NCBI GenBank assembly: GCA_017464845.1 | Contig: JAFTYD010000021.1 | Location: 1 to 62,779 of the forward strand | Reading direction: 5' to 3' | DNA from: Clostridia bacterium | GTDB taxonomy: Bacteria > Bacillota > Clostridia > Christensenellales > UBA1242 | DNA length: 62,779 nt | Part shown: piece after piece, positions 38,616-44,503 of the stretch | Position numbering within the stretch: position 1 is the stretch's first letter | Layout of the letters: every line of letters begins with the position of its first letter | Notes under the pieces: generated by a model | The model's database searches: none | Told to the model about the DNA's origin: nothing | Seen by the model: only the letters and a program-made list of their open reading frames with translations | Program-made: the position numbers and the translations under genes

Positions 38616-38719
38616 TGTGGTAAACTCATAGAGTTTTCCATCAATTCCAGTCAATGTGGTTAACTCGTTGAGTTATCCAAAGTTATCCATATTTCCACAT
38701 TTTGTGGTAATGTGGATAA
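38616..38719. promoter_or_regulatory. Cluster of DnaA-box-like 9-mers
   Basis: Perfect TGTGGATAA (38711-19). One-mismatch boxes TTATCCAAA (38673-81), TTATCCATA (38683-91) and TGTGGTTAA (38655-63). Weaker TGTGGTAAA (38616-24) and TGTGGTAA (38703-10). Confidence 0.55.
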
Positions 38720-38794
38720 CTGGCATTGACCGAAGCGCCATAAAAAAGACCTTAGAAAATACTTCGTAGTTGTATTAAAAATACAAATATGATA

Positions 38795-38832
38795 GACACA
38801 GTCTAAGGTATAGTATTACCTTAGACTGTGTC
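38795..38832 (+). promoter_or_regulatory. Putative rolling-circle origin stem-loop carrying TAGTATTAC
   Basis: Perfect 16-bp inverted repeat GACACAGTCTAAGGTA / TACCTTAGACTGTGTC around loop TAGTAT. TAGTATTAC (38811-38819) spans the loop and the first 3 nt of the 3' arm. Lies 115 nt upstream of rep. Confidence 0.65.
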
Positions 38833-38912
38833 GCATTGTCGCATGATACTATTTTATAGATGTTTTTAAACATTTTAAATTGTCGCATTGATGTCGCATT
38901 ACTGTGTCGCAT
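38829..38912 (+). repeat. Five direct TGTCGCAT iterons adjacent to the stem-loop
   Basis: Copies at 38829-36, 38837-44, 38881-88, 38892-99 and 38905-12. The first overlaps the 3' arm of the hairpin. Two copies extend to ACTGTGTCGCAT. Confidence 0.8.
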
Positions 38913-38946
38913 ATAAAAATTGTTCATTTTTAAAGGGGGAATAAAA

Positions 38947-40026
38947 GTGGATGAAATTGAGATTATTGATTTTGATGAAAGTAAATTAAATAGTCAAAGT
39001 AGAAGATGGATGTTGACTATAAATAATCCAGTCCAATCTGATGAAGAAATAAAAGATTATGTTGAAAATTTAGAACATTTTAAATATTGTATGTTTCAAA
39101 GGGAGAAAGGTAATGAAACTGGGACTATTCATATTCAGATGTTTATAATTTTTTCAATTGGCAAGAGATTTAGTACTATAAAAAATTATTTTCCGACAGC
39201 TCATATAGAACAAGCAAAAGGAAATAATGCTCAGTGTAGAGATTATTGTTCTAAAACAGATACTCGTATTTCTGATAATTATTATGAACTTGGTAAGTTT
39301 GCAGAAGAAAGAGCAAGAACTGATATTACTAATTTCATGCAATTGGTTGAGGCTGGAGCATCTGATTATGAATTAAAAAAATTGTATCCTAAACTTTTTT
39401 TAGATTATTTTCATAAACTACCAATTATTAGAATGACTACTGATATTGATTATTCAAAACAGGATAGAGATATTGAAGTTATATATGTTTATGGTAAAGC
39501 TGGTAAAGGGAAAAGTACCTATGTAAAAAAAGAAACTATTAATGATAGAGTTTTTAGGGTTGATACATTTGATTTATCAGCATTTTCAAATTATCAAGGA
39601 GAAAATGTTCTTGTTATTGATGAATTTAAAGGTCAATTTAAAATACAAACATTAAATAAATTACTTGATAGCTTTCCAGTTAAGTTAAGAGGGTTAAATA
39701 GTTTAGTTTTTGCAAGATATACAAAAGTTTATATAATTTCAAATTTTCATTATAAAGACCTGTATAAAGATGAGCAAGTTGAGAATATAGACCAGTATAA
39801 AGGTTTTGTGCGAAGACTTCATAGGGTAATTAAACTTGTAGATTATAAATTACCACCAATAATTGAAAGAGATACAATCTTTGAAGATATACCAAATGAG
39901 GAATTAATTCCATTTGGAAGAAAGAAAAGAATAAATAAGGTAATAGAATATAATAATGGAGTACCTCGTATAACTTATGATATTGATTTTTCAGAAATAC
40001 AAGTAGATAAATTAGATATTATATAA
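38947..40026 (+). CDS. Rolling-circle replication initiator: HUH endonuclease + SF3 helicase, CRESS-DNA-virus-like Rep
   Basis: Motif I WMLTINN (39007-27), motif II HIQ (39130-38), motif III YCSK (39244-55). Walker A GKAGKGKS (39493-516), Walker B VLVIDEF, motif C IISN. GTG 38947 lies 6 nt after AAAGGGGGA and is preferred to TTG 38920. Confidence 0.85.
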   Translation: MDEIEIIDFDESKLNSQSRRWMLTINNPVQSDEEIKDYVENLEHFKYCMFQREKGNETGTIHIQMFIIFSIGKRFSTIKNYFPTAHIEQAKGNNAQCRDYCSKTDTRISDNYYELGKFAEERARTDITNFMQLVEAGASDYELKKLYPKLFLDYFHKLPIIRMTTDIDYSKQDRDIEVIYVYGKAGKGKSTYVKKETINDRVFRVDTFDLSAFSNYQGENVLVIDEFKGQFKIQTLNKLLDSFPVKLRGLNSLVFARYTKVYIISNFHYKDLYKDEQVENIDQYKGFVRRLHRVIKLVDYKLPPIIERDTIFEDIPNEELIPFGRKKRINKVIEYNNGVPRITYDIDFSEIQVDKLDII

Positions 40027-40043
40027 AATTAGATATTATATAA
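40010..40043 (+). repeat. Perfect 17-bp tandem duplication AATTAGATATTATATAA x2 at the rep stop / attR junction
   Basis: Copy 1 at 40010-40026 contains the rep TAA. Copy 2 at 40027-40043 runs into attR. The AATTAGATAT core also occurs at 36286. Confidence 0.8.
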
Positions 40044-40121
40044 AAAAAGACTAGAATGAATCTAGTCTTTTTCATTTGGTAGCGTAAACTGGGTTCGAAC
40101 CAGTGACCTCATGGGTATGAA
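40042..40121. repeat. attR: 80-bp perfect direct repeat overlapping the intact tRNA-Met 3' end
   Basis: Identical to 26002..26081. Confidence 0.9.
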
Positions 40122-40153
40122 CCATGCGCTCTAACCAACTGAGCTACTACGCC
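40077..40153 (-). tRNA. tRNA-Met (anticodon CAT), elongator type
   Basis: 77-nt cloverleaf: acceptor GGCGTAG/TTACGCT, D arm GCTC-AGTTGGTTA-GAGC, anticodon arm CATGG-TTCATAC-CCATG, T arm ACTGG-TTCGAAC-CCAGT, encoded CCA. The anticodon arm resembles Bacillus elongator tRNA-Met. Confidence 0.9.
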
Positions 40154-40317
40154 AAAAGTGGAGTGTGGGTATTTTACGATAATAGGATAAAAGAGAAAAA
40201 GAGAGAAGCGAGGACGAAGAATTATCTCGCTATTTATTAACACTCGAAGTAAAATAAGTATAAAAAAGACTTATTTTATTGCTTAGTTTTAATAATCCTA
40301 CGTAAAATACCTTTAAT

Positions 40318-40346
40318 ATTCTATAACAATAAACAAAATTTGTCAA
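40318..40346 (-). promoter_or_regulatory. Putative promoter driving a ~155-nt leader plus tRNA-Met
   Basis: On the minus strand: TTGACA (40346-40341), 17-nt spacer, TAGAAT (40323-40318). Confidence 0.5.
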
Positions 40347-40537
40347 TAATTTTTTTATAATTTTTTATATTTTATATTTTTACTTGCTACATTTTGAAAA
40401 AAACTTTATAATATATATGTTAAATTTTTCTAAAATCAAGATTATGAGATTAGAAAATATATTGGATTTCATTACTTTAAGGTAAATGTTTTATGATTTT
40501 ATTGTAATGAAACCAGAAAATTAAAGGAGAATTTATT

Positions 40538-40960
40538 ATGTTATATGATGATATTAAAAAAGCTAATGTTGAAGCTATGAAAAATAAGGATACTGTTGCA
40601 AGAAGTTTTTATAGTGTTCTTTTAAACAAAATCTTACTTGAATCTATTAACAAGAGAGAAAAGGGTGAAGAAATCGTTGATGCTGATGTTTCAAATATCA
40701 TTCAAAAAATGATTAAAGAACTTAATGAAGAAAAAGAAAACTATAGCAAAGTTGGAAACACAGAACAAGTTGATACTATTGTTAAGCAAATTGAAATTGC
40801 AAGTAAGTATTTACCAAAAATGCTCACTGAAGAAGAAATTGCTACTATCATAGCAAGTCTTGAAGACAAGTCTATTGGAAATGTTATGAAACACTTTAAA
40901 ACAAATTACAATGGCACTGTTGATATGCGTTTAGTTCAAGAAGTATTAAAGAGGGGATAG
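40538..40960 (+). CDS. GatB/YqeY domain protein
   Basis: MLYDDIKKANVEAMKNKDTVARSFYSVLLNKI is a typical YqeY-like N-terminus. 140 aa. Confidence 0.8.
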   Translation: MLYDDIKKANVEAMKNKDTVARSFYSVLLNKILLESINKREKGEEIVDADVSNIIQKMIKELNEEKENYSKVGNTEQVDTIVKQIEIASKYLPKMLTEEEIATIIASLEDKSIGNVMKHFKTNYNGTVDMRLVQEVLKRG

Positions 40961-41652
40961 TGAAAGTTTTTGCAATAAGCGATTTACATCTTTCTATCAA
41001 CAATCCAAAGCCTATGGATATTTTTGGACCAATTTGGGAAAATTATATTGACAAGATTTTTGATGACTGGAAAAGTAAAGTTTCAGAAGATGATATAGTT
41101 TTGCTTGCAGGAGATTTCTCTTGGGCAATAAAACTTGAGGATACAAAATCTGACTTTGACCTTATGAAAGACCTTCCAGGAAAAAAAATTATCATAAGAG
41201 GTAATCACGATTATTGGTGGAAAAGTATTTCTAGCGTTAGAGGAGTCTTACCACAAAATTTTTATGCTATCCAAAATGACTCTTTAACTTTTGGAGACTA
41301 TATCATTTGTGGTACAAGAGGTTGGGTTATTCCTGATGACAATAAATCTAGCGAAGAAGATATAAAGATTTATAAAAGAGAATTGATTAGGCTTCAACTT
41401 ACCTTGGAAAATGCAACAAGACTAAGAAAAGAAGGACAAAAATTAATTTGTATGTTACATTATCCACCATACAATTTTAAAGAAGAAGATAGTGAATTTA
41501 CATCACTACTTGAAAAATACAAAGTTGATTGTGTGGTGTATGGACATTTACACGCATATTTAAAACAACATAGAGTGCTTGATAAAAATGGTATTAGATA
41601 TTATTTGACATCTTGTGATCTTGTTGATAACAAATTAATTGAAATATATTGA
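40960..41652 (+). CDS. Metallophosphoesterase
   Basis: ISDLHL, GDFSW, GNHDYWW and GHLH motifs. GTG start after GAGGGGA. Confidence 0.8.
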   Translation: MKVFAISDLHLSINNPKPMDIFGPIWENYIDKIFDDWKSKVSEDDIVLLAGDFSWAIKLEDTKSDFDLMKDLPGKKIIIRGNHDYWWKSISSVRGVLPQNFYAIQNDSLTFGDYIICGTRGWVIPDDNKSSEEDIKIYKRELIRLQLTLENATRLRKEGQKLICMLHYPPYNFKEEDSEFTSLLEKYKVDCVVYGHLHAYLKQHRVLDKNGIRYYLTSCDLVDNKLIEIY

Positions 41653-41746
41653 TTAAAATTATTGTTAAAAGCAATAATTTTGGTATCAAATACATTGACA
41701 TTTAAATGAAATTTGTTGTAAAATTAAACGAATTCGGAGTTAATTT

Positions 41747-43147
41747 ATGAAAAAATTTTTAAAACTATTTTGCTTTATGTTTTGTTTTGCTTTACTTTTA
41801 ACTGGTTGTGCAACTGTAAGCAATATAAAAAACAATAGCAAAGAACTTATTTACAATGGAGGAAGTGTTGTTCGTGTTGGCGATTACCTTTATTTCGCAA
41901 ACAATATTGATAATGCTTCTGAAAACCTTGATTCAAACAAAGGTTACAAAAAACTTGCTGGTACTGCAAATTTAAAAAGAGTAAATCTTTCAAAGCTTAA
42001 GGCAAAGAATGAAAATACTTCTGTAAAAAATTCAGAAACAGTTCAAGAAGAATTTGTAGGTTACGAAAATACAAATATGTTTGTTCTTGGTAATTATATC
42101 TATTATTCAACACCAAACTTGCACAAAGATAAAAGTAACAACAACCATTTTGATTACACAACTATTTATAGATGTAAACTTAATGGAGATAACAACAAAG
42201 AAATTTATACAACAAGTGCAGTGATTTCAAGAATGGATATTTTGAAAGCTGATGGAGATTATTATATCGTAATGGTTGATAGCGAATCTAATATCTTGAG
42301 AATGAAAATAGGAAAGAAAGTTGGAAAAGTAGAAACTATTGCAAAGAAAGTTACAACTTATGCAATTGCTGAAGACAACCAAAAGAACAATGGATATATT
42401 TACTATACAAAAGATTATAGTGGAACAGATGGACTTTCTGGAAGTCGTGTTTATAGAGTAAATATTGAAAGTGGAAAAGATAAACTTATCTACAATGGTG
42501 TTGCTGGAGGTAGAGCTACAACAATTAAATTTACTGGAAGACAAAACGATGTTGTTTTCTATACTCATACAAATAAATCAGGTACAGAAAATTATTATGT
42601 TGACCTTTCAAAAACAAATTTCACAACAAGCATTTTAAACAAAGATAATCTTTTCTATGCAAGTGCTTCTGAAATTTCTGATGTTAAAGCAATCACAGGA
42701 AATAAATTGTATAAAGGTTATACATTTGTTGTGGATAGCAATTTGATGTATAAAAATGTTAGAACAAACGAAATTGAAAACATTTCAACAGCATTATCAG
42801 AAAATTATTCAGATTTCAAAATCTTGTTTGTTGATGAATGTAAAATTTTCTTCAATTCAGCTACAAACAACGCTTTCTACTACTACGATGTAACAACAAA
42901 AGATGTTACTGAAATAGTAAAAATGAATTCTACAATCTATTCAGATGCAATTTATGGATATGATGGAACAAACCTCTATTACTATGCACAAATAGTTGAT
43001 GAAGATGCAGAAACAACAGTAAGTGCTCAAGCAGAAGGCGAAGGTGAAGAAACTGAAGAAAAAGGTGATCAAAACTATTATCTTTACACAGTAAAAATCA
43101 ATAGAAGTGCAAACGAAACTTATCAATTATTAGGAAAAACAGTTTAA
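41747..43147 (+). CDS. Lipoprotein, repeat-rich (possibly beta-propeller, DUF5050-like)
   Basis: Signal plus lipobox LLLTGC. Recurrent Y-Y-x/Y-F-x strand-like repeats (YLYFAN, YIYYST, YIYYTK, VVFYTH, LYYYAQ). Confidence 0.6.
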   Translation: MKKFLKLFCFMFCFALLLTGCATVSNIKNNSKELIYNGGSVVRVGDYLYFANNIDNASENLDSNKGYKKLAGTANLKRVNLSKLKAKNENTSVKNSETVQEEFVGYENTNMFVLGNYIYYSTPNLHKDKSNNNHFDYTTIYRCKLNGDNNKEIYTTSAVISRMDILKADGDYYIVMVDSESNILRMKIGKKVGKVETIAKKVTTYAIAEDNQKNNGYIYYTKDYSGTDGLSGSRVYRVNIESGKDKLIYNGVAGGRATTIKFTGRQNDVVFYTHTNKSGTENYYVDLSKTNFTTSILNKDNLFYASASEISDVKAITGNKLYKGYTFVVDSNLMYKNVRTNEIENISTALSENYSDFKILFVDECKIFFNSATNNAFYYYDVTTKDVTEIVKMNSTIYSDAIYGYDGTNLYYYAQIVDEDAETTVSAQAEGEGEETEEKGDQNYYLYTVKINRSANETYQLLGKTV

Positions 43148-43222
43148 AATTTTGAATTAAAAATTTATAATTTTCGACTTAAATTTCTAGCAAATTTTAA
43201 ATATACAAAATTCTACAAAAAT

Positions 43223-43265
43223 AGTCATAAGATGCTAAATTCTAGCAAGCTTATGACTTTTTTAT
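43223..43265 (+). terminator. Hairpin plus T-run downstream of the lipoprotein gene
   Basis: AGTCATAAG (43223-31) / CTTATGACT (43250-58) with an 18-nt loop, then TTTTTT. Confidence 0.55.
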
Positions 43266-43340
43266 TTGCTTAAATTGTGTTATCTTATATTTGCCGAAAA
43301 CAATCAAAGATTATAGAAAAAGGAAATTAAGGAGAATATT

Positions 43341-44105
43341 ATGGAAAATTTGAATGAGACAAATGAGAGAATAAAAATATATATTGCCGACTCTGAAGAA
43401 GATAACAACTTGATAGATTATTTCAAGAATAATGTTGATTTTGAATTACTTGGAAATTCATTTGAAGGAGAAAAAGTTATTGACGATGTTGAAAAACTTT
43501 GTCCCGATGTGCTTGTTATGGAAGTAATGTTATCATCTTTTGATGGCTTTGTTGTCTTAGAAAAATTAAAAGAAACAATGAAAGACAAGTTGCCTAAAAT
43601 TATTTTTGTTTCAAATTTTTCTCATAGTGGATTTGTAACAAAAGCAGTCAAGGAAGGTGCTAGTTATTTTATGGTAAAACCTATTAGTCCTGAAAATTTA
43701 GAAGAAAGAATAAGAGAAGTTTTATCAGAACAAAAAGAAAGTCTTGAAAATAAAAACTCAAAACTCTTAGATGAAAAGATTTCAAATATCTTTATTAGTA
43801 TTGGAATTCCAGCACATATCAAAGGTTATCAATTTTTAAGAGAAGCAGTAAAACTTGCAGTTGAAGAACCAGAAATAATAGGTTCAATAACAAAGAAACT
43901 TTATCCAACAATTGCAGAGAGATTTGATACAAGTTCAAGTAAGGTAGAAAGGGGAATGAGACACGCAATTGAAGTTGCTTGGAATAGGGGAAAGATAGAA
44001 AATATAAATAGCATTTTTGGACTTAAAATTTATAATAGCAACGAAAAACCAACCAATGGGGAACTTATAGCACTAATTGCAGATAAGATGTTAATGGAAG
44101 GTTAA
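43341..44105 (+). CDS. spo0A: Spo0A-family response regulator with a non-canonical receiver (Glu at the phospho-acceptor position)
   Basis: The C-terminal domain GIPAHIKGYQFLREAV...SSSKVERGMRHAIEVAWNRG is the Spo0A signature. The receiver aligns DVLVMEVMLSSFDG to B. subtilis DVLVLDIIMPHLDG. Confidence 0.85.
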   Translation: MENLNETNERIKIYIADSEEDNNLIDYFKNNVDFELLGNSFEGEKVIDDVEKLCPDVLVMEVMLSSFDGFVVLEKLKETMKDKLPKIIFVSNFSHSGFVTKAVKEGASYFMVKPISPENLEERIREVLSEQKESLENKNSKLLDEKISNIFISIGIPAHIKGYQFLREAVKLAVEEPEIIGSITKKLYPTIAERFDTSSSKVERGMRHAIEVAWNRGKIENINSIFGLKIYNSNEKPTNGELIALIADKMLMEG

Positions 44106-44149
44106 AAAGATTGTGTGATTTGTATTTATAAATAGTTTTTATATTGATA

Positions 44150-44178
44150 TTGACTTTTTTGATAAAAGAGAATATACT
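44150..44178 (+). promoter_or_regulatory. Putative promoter of the ProRS-like gene leader
   Basis: TTGACT (44150-55), 17-nt spacer, TATACT (44173-78). Confidence 0.5.
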
Positions 44179-44184
44179 AGATGT

Positions 44185-44328
44185 AGTTAAGGAGAAGAAT
44201 TATGACAAATTCAATAATTTTCCAACTTAATATTGCACCGGAAACTATAACATTTTAGTTATAGTGTTTTGTGCATGCCAAAATTTTGAAATTAGAGTGG
44301 TAGTCAAAACACGACTATCGCTTTTTTT
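44185..44328 (+). ncRNA. T-box-like leader segment ending in a terminator
   Basis: AAATTAGAGTGGTAG (44289-44303) resembles the T-box consensus AAUUAGGGUGGUAC. Terminator GTGGTAGTC-AAAACAC-GACTATCGC + T7 at 44297-44328. Stem I elements were not confidently recognised. Confidence 0.4.
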
Positions 44329-44354
44329 ATTTAGTTATATAAGTTAATATGATT

Positions 44355-44390
44355 AGAGCGATAGTTTAATGCTATTGCTCTATTTTTTTT
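44355..44390 (+). terminator. Second terminator hairpin in the same leader
   Basis: AGAGCGATAG-TTTAATG-CTATTGCTCT followed by A + T8. Its 5' arm GCGATAGT is complementary to the 3' arm ACTATCGC of the first terminator. Confidence 0.6.
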
Positions 44391-44405
44391 ATTAGGAGAG
44401 ATATT

Positions 44406-44483
44406 ATGAAAAATGAAAAAATACAAACTCCACCCAATGTGGGTGGTAGAAATATGATTAATTATTATTTATATTATTATTAA
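44406..44483 (+). CDS. Candidate leader peptide (25 aa) MKNEKIQTPPNVGGRNMINYYLYYY
   Basis: ATG lies 5 nt after AGGAGAG. Ends 20 nt before the ProRS-like start. The Pro-Pro codons lie in the hairpin CCACCCA-ATG-TGGGTGG. Confidence 0.3.
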   Translation: MKNEKIQTPPNVGGRNMINYYLYYY

Positions 44484-44503
44484 AATTTAAGGAGAACAAA
44501 ATT

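Larger units (their letters stand above)
26002..40121. mobile_element. Integrated ~14.1 kb temperate element (prophage-like / integrative replicon) in tRNA-Met
   Basis: Bounded by 80-bp direct repeats that include the tRNA 3' end. Contains an integrase, repressor/operator/cro switch, Zot-like ATPase, HUH-SF3 Rep and putative origin. Most genes have no recognisable family. Confidence 0.85.

Noticed and set aside
40077-40153. tRNA(CAT) as initiator tRNA-fMet or lysidine-modified tRNA-Ile2
   Set aside because: Positions 1 and 72 pair (G-U) rather than showing the initiator C1xA72-type mismatch, and the anticodon stem lacks three consecutive G-C pairs. The anticodon arm GGTTCATACC(C/A)TGAGGTC closely matches Bacillus elongator tRNA-Met. 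Ile2 cannot be fully excluded without a classifier.
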